Shown here in pieces: positions 24,945-36,838 of a stretch of DNA of 64,000 bases. The DNA is taken from assembly GCA_002256025.1 (NCBI GenBank), contig NKIB01010176.1, positions 1 to 64,000 of the forward strand, written 5' to 3'. Positions within the stretch are counted from its first letter, which is position 1. The number at the start of each line of letters is the position of its first letter. Origin of the DNA: Asterionella formosa. Taxonomy: Eukaryota. The position numbers and the translations under genes were made by a program. The notes below the pieces were generated by a model. That model had not been told where the DNA came from. It did no database searches and saw only the letters and a program-made list of their open reading frames with translations.

Positions 24945-26863
24945 ATGAGCAAGCAGATTTCAGGAGGTGGAAGCAAGAAAGAAAAAGCAACTGCAAGGCG
25001 ACGACGAATTGCGGGTACGTTCAAATGCATTATAATCCAAATCGTTGGGATAGCTCGTGCTGCTTATGCTCGTTTGAATCAGAATGTATTGCGTAACTCG
25101 GTTCTATCATCCTTCTTGGTGTTCTGCTTCCCACACTGGCCAGCCCGTTGTATTCATTCGTAAATGAAATCTGTGCAGAATCCGAACACAGGAACTGACA
25201 GTTCAAATCAGGGCTGAAACTACTTCATTGTCGTTTATTGTTTTGTTCGGTGAACTTTTTCAATCGACACGACTGATCGAAATATCTTTTGTTTCTCTCT
25301 TCAGTCGGTGAAACTGTATCGTCTAATCCGTCTGGAGATGGAAGCAGTGGGCCATTGTTGTCTCTCACCCCCGACCAGCAGCTTCAACTGCTACGAAACG
25401 AGGCAAACATGAAGGTTCAACAATCGTTTGCAGGCAATTTTGGGCGGACAGGGCACATTAGCTCACTCGCGTCGTCATCTACGAACTTGCTATACAGTTC
25501 GAGCCCTTCAAGACCATCAACTTTTAATGAACAGTTAGCGATACAAAATGCACAGCAGCAATATCAGCAACGACAACTGCGTATTTTGCAAGGTGATGCT
25601 TTCAATGATTCGCTCCTTGTTCGGCAAGCGCTTGGATTATCTGCTGTCTCAGACTTGGCTGCAGCCTACAGCCTAAATCATACAATGTGCTCACCAGGTT
25701 TACTTGATAATTCCGCTCCTTGGAATGCGCTATCAGTCTACAGACAGCAACAAGAACGACAGCAGTATCATAACATGGATGCTTTCAATCCCTTGATTCG
25801 AATGCTCCCCTCGCCAGGTGCACCGCAGGACAAAGAAACGCTGGAATTCATGGCCCGGGAAATGTTGATGCGATCATATTCTAGCGGTTCCCAAGAGGCA
25901 TTGGGATGTGCCAAAGTTGGATCTGGAGATGTTTTTCTCCCTCCGAATGCATCTGACCCTAGCTTATCACACACTGCTCTCCGCTTGCTGTCTGGCTCTG
26001 AAAACTCCGTTCAGGAATTCGAAGGGTCTCTCTCGGAACCCTTTAGCAGAGGTCAAAAGCGAACAAGAAGCGATTCCTCTGCGGGGTTGATAGCGTTCAG
26101 TCCTTCGAAGCGTCCTAAGTCTACTTTTGATACACATATCTCGAAAACCAAGCGCGTCGTGGCTTCCAGTCAATTGACAGGGTCAACAGGAGGAATTGCG
26201 AAGTTTAAGAAAAGTAAGAAAGTGGAGTCGAGATCCAAGAGGAGTGCCAAAACATTTTCCGGAGGAAATTATGTTAAGATCTTGAAAGGAGCAAATGATG
26301 GAGGTGATATCCACTCATCCAAGTCAAGGACTGATACTGCTTCACCGTTGACTCCTAACAAAGACAGTTCAGCAATTCGATTTTTTAATAACGGTTCAGA
26401 ACTTGACACAGAGTGTGAACCTCGTACAGCACTGGATGATGGAGATGTTGACTCGAAAGTCAATTCAGACGTGAAAGACAACGAAATAAGCGAGCTTTGC
26501 ATGCGTCAGAAGTCGATTTGGGACGAGTTAACATCTGGTGGGGTCAAGTCAAAGCGTAGCAGGAAAAGGAAGAAAATTACTTCAAGTATATCGAGCAAAT
26601 TGGAAGGTATCACGTCTGCAGGCGAAGCGATTTCGTCCAATGATGGGCCCACAATGAACGATAAAAGTGTTGGCAAAGAGCGGGAACTGTACCTCAAACC
26701 AAGAGAGCTCCATGATTCAGACATGATTTCGAATGATTACGTGAAAGACCTGGCTCGGGATGCTACGAGAGAACTCGAAAATACCTTGGGTGCTGCGAGC
26801 GTACTGATGGATTTCCTGACAGGGGGTGCAAAGATCGACAGCAAGAATGCGACTCAGGCGTAA
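24945..26863 (+). CDS. Uncharacterised Ser/Gln-rich, probably nuclear protein; 2 exons
   Basis: 524-codon open frame 25289-26863. A putative exon 1 at 24945-25014 (MSKQISGGGSKKEKATARRRRIA) joins in phase through intron 25015-25304 (GTACGT...TTCAG). The protein has Q-rich tracts and basic NLS-like clusters (KRSRKRKK). Confidence 0.75.
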
Positions 26864-27342
26864 CTTAATAGATTGATCAGAAATTTGCTGGCAGTGCTGA
26901 GGATTGGCCTGCTGCAACTACACTTGCAGAACGCATGAAAACAACAGGAGCAGGTGAGAGAGCGATTCCATAAAAATTTCCATCCTTCTTAAATTCTATC
27001 TTTGATCATCAACATACAAGAAATATCTACATTGCATTCCTAGAAATTATCAATTTGCATCAAGTGTTATGATATTTGGTCCAATCACTATAGGGAAATG
27101 CATCAACATCCACTCGCCAGCAATGTGAAGGGGGAGGACAGCAGATCCATCGAGAACCGCACTGTAATCCACTACAATGGATGGCAAATTGAAGAAAGAA
27201 TACGTTTTAGCATTGCTGCTGAGTTAGTTTTCATTTTACAGCAGACTTCTTAAATAATTCTTAAATGCGTAACAGCCAGGCCGAGCAGTCTTGCTTCCTG
27301 TGGGGAAGAAGGTCAAAACGAGATATGCTAAGCAAGTTGATG

Positions 27343-28155
27343 CTATAAGCTTTCTTGCCTGCAGAGTGGCCTGCCATTGCTCCAGAAACCATCATGCCTA
27401 ACTGAGCCATTGGCGTGAACTTGCTTGCCTCTTCCATGAAACTTTCCACCTTTGAAGTTGCCGTCGTAGGACAGACCACCATCTTCAGTCAATTTCCCGA
27501 GACCATGGAACATACCCTTGGATAATTGGCCTTCGTACAGCGATCCGCATGCTAGTTTAAAAACGCCTTCGCCCTCAGGCCAGCCATTGACAAATGAGCC
27601 TTCATATCGAGAATTGTCTTTCCATGTATGAACCCCGTAGCCTTCGCGCTTGTCATTCTTGAATTCCCCAACGTATACACGCCCATCTGTCCACAGATAC
27701 ATGCCTTTGCCGTGGCACATATCATGTCTGAAATCGCCTTTGTAAGTGTCGCCATTGCAAAAAGTTAGCTGTCCTTTGCCGTTAAATCGGCCTCGACACC
27801 ATTTGCCTTCAAAAACGCGGCCATCGTCATACTTCATGTGACCGCATCCATGGGGCTCGCCGCACGATAGTTCACCAGTATATAATCCTTTGTCCCCAAA
27901 GTGATCTATCAATGGCGTCTTATTGGCAAGATTCATTTTCTCCGTTGCTGCGTTTTCTCGGAGCGATGCCACTTCGGCCATTTGGCACGATAATCTGGCC
28001 TCTACTGTCATCTCCGACATCGCGACAGCCAGATGAGTTTTGGGTTTTACGTAGTTCCGTGATTTATTCCCTTCTCGCATGTCATCAAGCACGCTTGATA
28101 GTACGGCCGTTTCTACACTGCTGAATCGCAGACTTGGGTGTGGGCGCATCTGCAT
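27343..28155 (-). CDS. MORN repeat protein
   Basis: About 7 repeats of the form YxGxF/WxxxxxHGxGxxxxxDG across the C-terminal 180 aa. Confidence 0.92.
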   Translation of the reverse strand: MQMRPHPSLRFSSVETAVLSSVLDDMREGNKSRNYVKPKTHLAVAMSEMTVEARLSCQMAEVASLRENAATEKMNLANKTPLIDHFGDKGLYTGELSCGEPHGCGHMKYDDGRVFEGKWCRGRFNGKGQLTFCNGDTYKGDFRHDMCHGKGMYLWTDGRVYVGEFKNDKREGYGVHTWKDNSRYEGSFVNGWPEGEGVFKLACGSLYEGQLSKGMFHGLGKLTEDGGLSYDGNFKGGKFHGRGKQVHANGSVRHDGFWSNGRPLCRQESL

Positions 28156-29356
28156 TTCTTTTCGATTGGAAGAAAGTGATCAAAAATTAATGCTGTTTCT
28201 TATTCTTCTTTCAAAATATAGTGCGACCTATTAATAAACATTATTTGCTTTGTGAAATGTGTTCACAATAACAAATCAAAGTTATTTATGTGTACAGTAT
28301 GGTACCAGGTAGTAGTCCCGATGTTGTGTCGGGAAAACTGTATGTCGTATTTACAAAATGACTTCAAACCCGTTGTATGTTGCCTCGTCATGAGCGAAGA
28401 CTTCATACATGTATAAACGGGTACTCCGTACCAGGTACGGGCTTTCCAACCAGTTAGTAGTACCGGTAGACGACGAATTGTTACCGGGCCGCTTAGTAAG
28501 TGTGTATCATAAGTATTCAGATACCCGGATGATTTTGTAGCAGCTATATTGGGGTTTTAAATATCCTATGCAGTTTTCAATCAGTTGTGACATATTGTGT
28601 CACCATTGTTGTTTTTTGCTGTTCCAAGGTGCCAGGAGAAAACCAATCCGGCCGCTTTGCCTGCCTGCCCCATCGATGTGGGGTGCTTGGGGGCATCATG
28701 GGAGGATTCGACCTCCTCACACCAGTTCACATACTCAGGAGTGGTTTTGAAGCACCCTATCATCCATTAATGACCTGGTGTCCGGTGAGGCACCCCGCCC
28801 CTTCATCTGGGCGAGGTAGTGTGAGAATTTCACTCACTATAAACCTGTGTGCAGCCCCAGTCTTGACCAGTACTTGGTCTGCCCTACCCATCGGGGCATT
28901 GGCCCATGGTGTCACCATGGGTTTCTGCATGTCTTCCAATTTTTTGGTGTGATAACCACACACAACAACCATTTGTCCTGTGTATTGTATTGGCTATGTA
29001 TGATGAGCTGCATATCAGTTTTACCAAACACTTTGACATATGCATAGATAAGATATGAACAGTCTACATACAATGAATTCTACACACGACTGTAGTACAT
29101 AACGGAATCCAGAATCTGTTGGTATGGCATACTTCATGTTAAAATTGGGAAGCACGCCATCGTAAATAATATTTATTAACAGTGGCTGTACCTCACATGG
29201 AGCACTTTTTGTTTTATGGATAGGATTCGGATGCCAGGACAATATGAAGTGGATTTTAATGCTATTAGTCTAATGAATGCTACATATATGTATTACTTTT
29301 ATTGCCATGAGAAAAGGGAAAATTACCCCTCAGCAAATAGCATCATAAAAAGACTC

Positions 29357-29460
29357 TCTCAATTTTGACTTTAACTGGTATCCCTTCCAAATGGTGGTTC
29401 TCCAACTTGGGCAAAAGGCACTCAGAGAAGGGTTACCACCAGTTAAAGTCAATATTGAGA
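29357..29460. repeat. Inverted repeat/hairpin (~31-34-bp arms), MITE-like
   Basis: TCTCAATTTTGACTTTAACTGGTATCCCTTC pairs with GAAGGGTTACCACCAGTTAAAGTCAATATTGAGA. Confidence 0.75.
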
Positions 29461-29739
29461 ATGTTAGAAATTGCCTCTAAAACGTCGTCATCAGTATTTG
29501 CGAAAAGGGGGAATTTAAAATTTCTAAGTACATAAAAATGATGTTATTTTAGCTGATGATCAATCCGAGTTCTATTATACTTAATTAGAAACAAACCTTC
29601 CTTAGTCAGAATTGAGAAAGACGATGACTGTGTTGCTGAAACCAGTCCATTCAGAGGCATTATTGCTCAATGTTACTGATGTAGTGTCCCTCATTGGTAG
29701 AAGCCTTGCTGACTCTTAACTGCAAAAAGAAGACAATTG

Positions 29740-29802
29740 GGGGAATAGCTTAATTGGTTACCACACCTCATGAGGTAGCAGGTTCGATTCCTGCATTCTC
29801 TA
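29740..29802 (+). pseudogene. tRNA-derived sequence (pseudo-tRNA or SINE head)
   Basis: A-box TAGCTTAATTGG, perfect T-arm GCAGG-TTCGATT-CCTGC (B-box) and acceptor-like GGGGAAT/ATTCTCT. Only ~17 nt separate the D-loop from the T-stem, so the D-stem 3' strand and the anticodon stem are incomplete. Confidence 0.7.
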
Positions 29803-31189
29803 CCTGCATTTCTTTAATGTAGTCCCTAGGGTTTTGGGGAGGGGAGGGGGAGGGGGAGGCTAATGAAGAGACTGGTGGTCCCATTGTACTGTATGGACAA
29901 ATAAACCAATACAATTTGTTTCCATTCAAGAAGTCATGAGTGCGATTATTGGATAGCGTTAACATACTATAAAAATGCAATTCACATTTTTTGCAACAAG
30001 AACACAATTGAGGAGATGGTAATTTATGTCATCTTCGGTAGCACAATCATCATTGCAACTCTTGATTGTTGATTTCACTTATGTCCTGTGGTTTTTTGCG
30101 AGATCAATCACTTTGGATGATGCCATCATATGGAGGAGGAACGGCATGAAGGGAGGCGACTTGATGGGGGGCAGGGGGCATTGAACATCAGACAGGAAGA
30201 AATACTCCGCAATCAGCCGCATGTGGCAGATTTCAAGGAATCATGAGACAGCAAGAAGTCTAGAAATCAGGGAGATGTTGGAAAGGCTGGGACAAGGGTT
30301 TCCTGTGGAGCAGCATCATGGGGGAGGTGAGGGTCGTAAATTAGGAGGGAAAATGTTCCTTGCACTCGTGTTGGGTGGCTGAAAATCCAAGAATCAACCG
30401 AAGTTCCCATTTTTAGATGGAAAAACTGTTGTCCATGAAGTGTAGTAGATATCTTCTATAAATGTAGAGTTTCTACTGTTGTCTAGCGCATTAGCTGTTT
30501 CTAGACCAGCACCAAGAAAACATCTTAATTAGCTATAATCCTTGAAGAGATGTGTCCTTGTAAACAAATACAAGCAATTCACATGGTGAATACTGGAAAA
30601 ACGTTCTCGTATTCTTGGAGTCTTGCGTAGGTATGTTCCGCTGAATAATTCTCAGTCCGAAAAGACTCCAGGGTAAGTTCCCGCGTCACTACACATATTC
30701 TGATTGGTTGAATTGAATTTTTTCACCTGCTTCATATTCGCTGAAGTATCCCGGTCTTGTGAAATCTCGCCAGCCACACTTGAACCACACGTACAAGATG
30801 TACTGAATCCTGGTTGGTAAAATCAGTATCGGTACTATCGGTAGTACATCCTGTCCTCCATCATGATGAACCAATATTGTGTACTACTGGTACCTGGTGC
30901 TCCGAGTACGGAAATACCGTCACTCCGGTAGTGATTTACATACCGGTATGTACCTTTGTGCGTGGAGTGATATTGAAACAACAAGAGCAACGTAGATTCA
31001 TTATCAATGTATAAACAAGAGCCATGAGCATACATGTTGGCATACTCCTAATTTATATACCGGTACGTGTTTTGGCGTTGAGTAAAATTATGTCTGCACA
31101 CAGCAACGAACAAAAAGTATAAACGTTTAAAAATCATATATTTTTAAAAATGGAACTCTATCAATCTGGCCCCGATTCCTACTTAATTC

Positions 31190-31311
31190 AAATATTCAAA
31201 TGGACACTCGAATCATGAGAATTCATAGTAGAAAACTCCCTGTTCCACGCCGTTTTTACAACCCTAGCGATATATTCTCCGAACTAGGGTTAAGCCGGGG
31301 CCACAACCTTA
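31190..31311 (-). mobile_element. Terminus of the same MITE/DNA transposon family as 17620
   Basis: The reverse complement reads TAAGGTTGTGGCCCCGGCTTAACCCTAGTTCGGAGAATATATCGCTAGGGTTG. Confidence 0.6.
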
Positions 31312-31435
31312 AAGGCCATATCTGCTTGTCGGTCTATCACCAGGTATGGGCAAGTTGGGGTATTCTTCATAGACTTCCAGTATTACCAGCATTAAGTAGT
31401 TAAAATTATTTTGCTTGTACAAACATGAGTAGGCC

Positions 31436-31461
31436 TATATATATATATATATATATATATA
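31436..31461. repeat. (TA)n microsatellite
   Basis: Uninterrupted TA run. Confidence 0.95.
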
Positions 31462-31499
31462 CGCAGTCTGGTTAATTTATGCAAGTGGCTATTACGGTA

Positions 31500-33780
31500 G
31501 TCTATTGGTGCTTAATGAGGGGTATGCTGGGATAAAATGTCAGCAGACATTTTTGGTCCGTTTGAGCAAATGCTACCGATTCGTTGAACAAAAATGCTGC
31601 CTTCAGCAGAAAAACCGTTTTTGTTCTAGTTCTGGCTTTGAGGAGCACATTGAGGGGGCATTGAAATAAATGAGAATCTCTGCTACATATCTCATGACAT
31701 TTTCCGTAGAATTCACGGACTTTGGAGTCTGTATCCAAGTTGACTATCCAAGCGTCGTTCTTGTCCATGTGTAGTACTGTATTTTGTTCCTCCCAAGCTG
31801 CTGAAGCAAGTGCCAAAATTTGAGAAATTGCTGACTGGGTCCGATGGTGTGCCCTGCCTCATTACTGTGGTTTCCCTTGACTCTTTTAAAATAACCGAGA
31901 ACCAGCGAATGGAGAGGTACCCACTTATTGTTAAAATTCTACCGATTTGTCTTTGCTCTTGGATAGCTGCTCGAATTTGAACCTTTTCTCCAGGAGTAGT
32001 GCCTGGCTGGATTTTAGTGTTCCAGGAACACATCCACAGGAGTGTGCATTAAGTGCGTCATGTGGTGGGTCAAAATTGGTGTGATGTTGTTGCCATATTA
32101 TACTTTCTGCAGTTGTGATTTGAAGAAAGTCATCTTCACCTCCCAGTTGTATCTGATTTTTGTTGCAGGACATGTTCTTAGCATGCATTCTGTTGTCTCA
32201 TACTGTTGACAATGGGGACACTTGCAACGACTTCCTTTGGTCGTGATAGCTGTTCGCAAACCTGTTTGAAGCCATACATGGACAAACTTTGAATGTGAGT
32301 CCTATTTGTGTTTTTTTAAGAAAAATCCTTTGTATTATTTTGCTGTGTGTGAAGCTTCATCCTATGAGTCGTGGAGCTGTGGGTTCTGGTTTTACCAATA
32401 CTTAGGCTGGCTTCCATGGAAGAGAAATGGAAGGAGTTGACTAGCGGATGACCTGTTTGTCCAGCTGGGTAATGATGTAGTACCAAGTACTGATTGGCCA
32501 ACCTGGTCTGCCCTGCTGTTCAGTACTGCTCCTTGGCTCAAGGTGTGGTTCTCTTCGCTGTCTTGGTTGGTTTTAATCCATTCCAGCTTTGTGTATATCT
32601 GGAGTTTCTGAAGTAAAGCCTGTAAAACAGAGATACTATCTCTGCATTTTTTGGTGGTCAACCCACCGATACAAACTGTGACAATTAGTAGATCTGACCG
32701 ATGGAAGACGCGCTATCATTCCAAATCTGGAGACCACTGGCTGGTGGTCTCAATAGAATAAAAACCTATGAATTCTTAAACGAAGGTGAGCACTGATGCA
32801 ATTGCGAACAATTCTGCTTGAGTGGAGCTATTAGCATCCGGTTCCCCATCCACATTTTTCATTTCAAGGAGCGTAGTTGTAGTGACCAACCAAACGAGCC
32901 CTCCCCATGTTTGGCCTACCCATCTGTGCCTATAATAAAGCACGGGAGACCAAGCATTAGATGACGACGCAATCATATTTCATTGGATGGAGGCAGCTTC
33001 ACTTGTTTGACTAGTCTGTGCCTGTATTGTAAAAGACCAGAGATAGGCCGGAAAAGTCCTTGACTGTAGAGTAAGTGCAGGCGCCCCTAGATCCTGATTT
33101 CTGTGTCTATATGTGTCTCTCATGTTGTCACTAGTGAAATCGCATGACATTGCGTTTGTTAAGGTACTGCGCTTGACCTTTCACCAGTTAAATGGCACTT
33201 CAATGATAATCTGGTTGAGGAGATCAAATCGTGTGGGTACCATCTGTCTCCCTGCTTCGTCCATAATTTCTTAGAAGGAAAAGAGTACATGATTGTGTGC
33301 CACTCTAGGATCAGGGGAGCATCCCATTTCCCCAAGCGTTGGTGGGGGACTAAACTTTCTTGTGACACCATTTTGAGGATGTGTGTGCATATTGCTGCCT
33401 TCTAGCCTGCCTTTTTGTTGGTTTGTTGGTTCTGGCTGATTTGGTCATTTCAGGTATGAGTTCCTGCCACTGATCGCTGTAGGCTTTTTCTGTCTGTTGT
33501 TGCAATGTCGGCCATTGCGAGTGCTCTTAAAAAAATTCTGCAACAATGGATGTGATACAACTAAAATTTGCTGCTAGTCCCATCCGCCAGTATGCTGTCC
33601 ATGGTGAATTTTTCATGTTGGTATTGTGATTTGAACACCCATGTGTCTGTTAACTTGATTCGGAAGTTGTGCTGTTTCATGAACTTCCTTAAGCCATGTT
33701 GATTGCTTTTCTTTTTCATTCTTTTCTCTTCCTTGGAACAGTCATTGTTTGTTGGAATCATCACTTCTAGTATTTAAGAG
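31500..33780 (-). mobile_element. Decayed LINE with RNase H domain, copy 3 (more divergent)
   Basis: Fragments GLRKFMKQHNFRIKLTDTW, LADIATTD, VDGEPDANSSTQAELFAIASVL and LEWIKTNQD...LNSRAD lie in the same order as in copy 1. Strongly CpG-depleted. Confidence 0.8.
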
Positions 33781-34140
33781 CTGTGTTAGGAGGATTAATG
33801 TTGTACTGAGATTTTTTCTGGGGTGATACTTGACTGTAACTTTAAAAGTCAATCAAATTTTAAAGTATGTTAAAGCTGTCCAATAATCACACTAAGGGCC
33901 ATTGAATTTTTTTTGGCAAGCTTACCAACATTGCTTTGACCTGAATTGACATGCATCATATCTGCAATTAGTATGAAAGGGAAATAGCTGAATAAATTAA
34001 AGAGCATGCATTTCAGGACAAATAGAATTTGTTCTTCAGACTGCAAATAATATAGCTCAATAAAAAATTAAAAAAAAAGGGGAAGAAAAAGTTTTTTGCA
34101 TGCCTGGATTTATGGTCAGTTTTCACTAACTGATGCAATA

Positions 34141-35463
34141 TTACTCTATCCATGATGTGCCTTCTTTACTGCATTTGACCATCACATCACCCATGAGGAC
34201 TAGTACAGAAGCAGCCATGAGTCTTCCAATGTTGGCATCAATGGTTTTGCCAGTGGATCCTACCCAACCATCCCCACCCATGTCCCATTCAGCTTGTTGT
34301 TCTGCCTGGTTAGATGGAAAGAAGAAATATTTTCCATCAAGAATAAGAGAACACGCCTCCTGGATAGTCCGATCCAAATCTATCTTGGTAATCTTCCAAA
34401 GTGCTTCGATCTGAAGAGACTCCAGTAATGCCTTCTGTGCTTTTACATGTTGCTTTTCCTTTAGTTCACAGTCTGAGTGCAAATGAGTTGCAAGATCATT
34501 GGCATCTACAATAAGCTGTATAAGAAAATTGAGAGAGCAGACATTCGAGAAAACACAATACAAGAAATAGTGTTGACTTACTTCACCCAATTCAAGGGAA
34601 TCAATTTGAGGCAATCGACTCTTGGGTTGGAATCTTGAGTTAGTGAAATGTTCAGTCAGCACTACCCGGCCTCCAGCAGCCGCTGCTGTCAATATTTGCT
34701 TTGCCCCTCTTAGGGTGTCTCTAATACTATCTGTTACTCCACTATGACGCTGTTGGTGCTTTCGCAATACACGTTGTCCCGAGTGACGATAGGCCCGACC
34801 AACACACCGCAGAATCTGAGCGCCAAAGGGTAATCTCTTGAGTCGGTCGCACTCTTGGGCTATGGAATCAGCAAGGACTGACTTAGAAACAGCGCCTTCT
34901 ACCAAGGGTCTCATACGCTCTAGTAAATGAGCTGCCACATGAACCACTCTTTGTGAATGAGACAGTCGTACTGAGGTGTCGTACCCCATGAGCTTGAGCA
35001 GTTCGCGCTGGTCGTTCGTCATGGCACCAGCAGCTCCAGTTAATATAAAGGCCGCGTGGTTAGCATCCATAAGTCCATATCTATGATAGGGCAATCTGGT
35101 CGAGTCATCCTTGAGCACTTCGTACGCTTCTCGGACTTTCTGCAGGTCGTCGTTGGCTTTGTCCAGTATTGTTGCGTCGTTTGCCTTGTCAGGGTGCAAA
35201 TCTCTAGTTAACTTCCGATACGATTTCTGAATTTGCGCTAGTGTTGCGTTCGGCTTCACTCCTAATACATCATAAAGAGACGTTTCATGGGGAGGTTGGT
35301 GCGCATACAGTCGATGCATCTTCAAGAGAGTCGACGAGGCATCCGGAGTCTTGCAGAAGCCTGGATGCGCTGATGTGCATACGCCGATGAATAGAGCGAG
35401 GAACCATCTCTTCGAAAGGACTGCGCTGACCGGCTTGCTAATGAGTAATACTTTGGAACGCAT
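34141..35463 (-). CDS. DnaJ (Hsp40) protein with DnaJ-X-like C-terminal region
   Basis: J-domain LYDVLGV...IQKSYRKL...LHPDK...VREAYEVLKD. The C-terminal part (PFGAQILRCVGRAY; LWKITKIDLDRTIQEAC) resembles DnaJ-X proteins. The N-terminus is hydrophobic. There is a probable 66-nt in-frame intron at 34516-34581. Confidence 0.9.
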   Translation of the reverse strand: MRSKVLLISKPVSAVLSKRWFLALFIGVCTSAHPGFCKTPDASSTLLKMHRLYAHQPPHETSLYDVLGVKPNATLAQIQKSYRKLTRDLHPDKANDATILDKANDDLQKVREAYEVLKDDSTRLPYHRYGLMDANHAAFILTGAAGAMTNDQRELLKLMGYDTSVRLSHSQRVVHVAAHLLERMRPLVEGAVSKSVLADSIAQECDRLKRLPFGAQILRCVGRAYRHSGQRVLRKHQQRHSGVTDSIRDTLRGAKQILTAAAAGGRVVLTEHFTNSRFQPKSRLPQIDSLELGEVSQHYFLYCVFSNVCSLNFLIQLIVDANDLATHLHSDCELKEKQHVKAQKALLESLQIEALWKITKIDLDRTIQEACSLILDGKYFFFPSNQAEQQAEWDMGGDGWVGSTGKTIDANIGRLMAASVLVLMGDVMVKCSKEGTSWIE

Positions 35464-35857
35464 GCTTTTGCCGTTTTGTGTTCGAATAAATTCATTGTCA
35501 TTGTATCTTTTGGAATTGCAACAAAAAGGGGGATAAAATTACAACAATATGTAGTCTATGTGATCGACATCAACTAATTTTTATATATCCTATTTTTTCT
35601 GATGTTAACAAAAAGGAAAATCAAGATGCCTATGTAGTATTTAGTATATTTAATTTTTAATTTTAGGATTTAAAAAATACCTATGTACGGGCAACTAAAA
35701 GCAAGCGACGGTTGGATGCTGCGATCAGTTCTTCACACACCATCATCATTCAACACAGACATTGTCCCTTTTTCATATCGTCGGTTCTTCTCAATAGGTA
35801 TCGATAGTGCGAACTATAAGCACTTGAGAGGGGCGAGGAGTGGAAAAGGAGAGAGAA

Positions 35858-36838
35858 ATGGTTTCCAAGTTCCCGTATGCATTTCTTCTGTTCAGCATCG
35901 TCAAGATAAGGATGTGGGCACTTCTCCTTCCTACAAGGTCCGTGGCTGCCTTTGCATCGTCGAGGTATGGAAGTAGAGCCATGATAAGGCGGTCAATTGT
36001 ATTAATGACCGCGGTTGATGAAGATGTCGTTGAAACGACCAAATCGCTCGATAGCACTTGGGACATTGCGACTCTCAAGAATCAAGTCCAACGATTGGTG
36101 TTGCGATCGCACAAAAAGATTGCCAAGGCCAATACTCGTCTCGTCAACGCGCAAACGCAAGTGGAGGAACTTAACACCAATCCCGAAGTTACCATGGAGG
36201 CGCTAGAAAGCTGTCCAAATGTGGACGCTGTAGCACTCGAGCTGAAGGAGCTGCAGGAACGACTGGTCAAGCTCAATAGCTTAGAGGAACTTCTGAATTT
36301 CGAAAAGAAGAAGCAAGGAGTGTTGCCTCAAGCTGCTGCATCGCTGGCATTAGAGCTTGGGGTTTCTGATGAACCTGTTCCAAGGCAAGAACGTGGGCCA
36401 AAGAAAGCCAATGGTCCCAGGGAATCGAGCAAGTCGCGATTGCCGTATCGACGATACTATTCCGATGACATTGAAATTAGAGTTGGCAAGAAAGCAGAAG
36501 ACAATGATCAGCTTTCATGTAACCCGCAGCACCGCGATGGATCTGACTGGTGGATGCATGCATCTGGCTGCCCGGGGTCACACATTGTTATTCGATGTCA
36601 AGATGACAACCTCAAAGACAAGGTGGTGCAAGATGCTGCGGCTCTGGCTGCTCGACAATCCAAATGTGGTGGAAGCACCATTCAAGTTAGTTTGACGCGT
36701 TGCCGTGATGTCAAAAAGCCACCAGGGGCGAAGGCTGGGTTGGTACAGTTGACTGGAAAAGTGCAGACAATATCTGTCAACATGAAAGAAGCTGAAGTGA
36801 GATTGAAGAGGTTAGACGAAACTATGATTATTAATTAG
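35858..36838 (+). CDS. NFACT-R (DUF814) RNA-binding domain protein, probably plastid-targeted
   Basis: IRVGKKAEDNDQLS...DWWMHASGCPGSHIVIR...DAAALAARQSK...VKKPPGAKAGLV is the NFACT-R pattern. It is preceded by a coiled coil and a signal-like N-terminus ending SVAAFAS. ATG at 35858 or 35912. Confidence 0.9.
   Translation: MVSKFPYAFLLFSIVKIRMWALLLPTRSVAAFASSRYGSRAMIRRSIVLMTAVDEDVVETTKSLDSTWDIATLKNQVQRLVLRSHKKIAKANTRLVNAQTQVEELNTNPEVTMEALESCPNVDAVALELKELQERLVKLNSLEELLNFEKKKQGVLPQAAASLALELGVSDEPVPRQERGPKKANGPRESSKSRLPYRRYYSDDIEIRVGKKAEDNDQLSCNPQHRDGSDWWMHASGCPGSHIVIRCQDDNLKDKVVQDAAALAARQSKCGGSTIQVSLTRCRDVKKPPGAKAGLVQLTGKVQTISVNMKEAEVRLKRLDETMIIN

Noticed and set aside
29740..29802. Functional tRNA-Met gene
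   Set aside because: The central region is about 10 nt too short, and no proper D-stem or anticodon stem can form.
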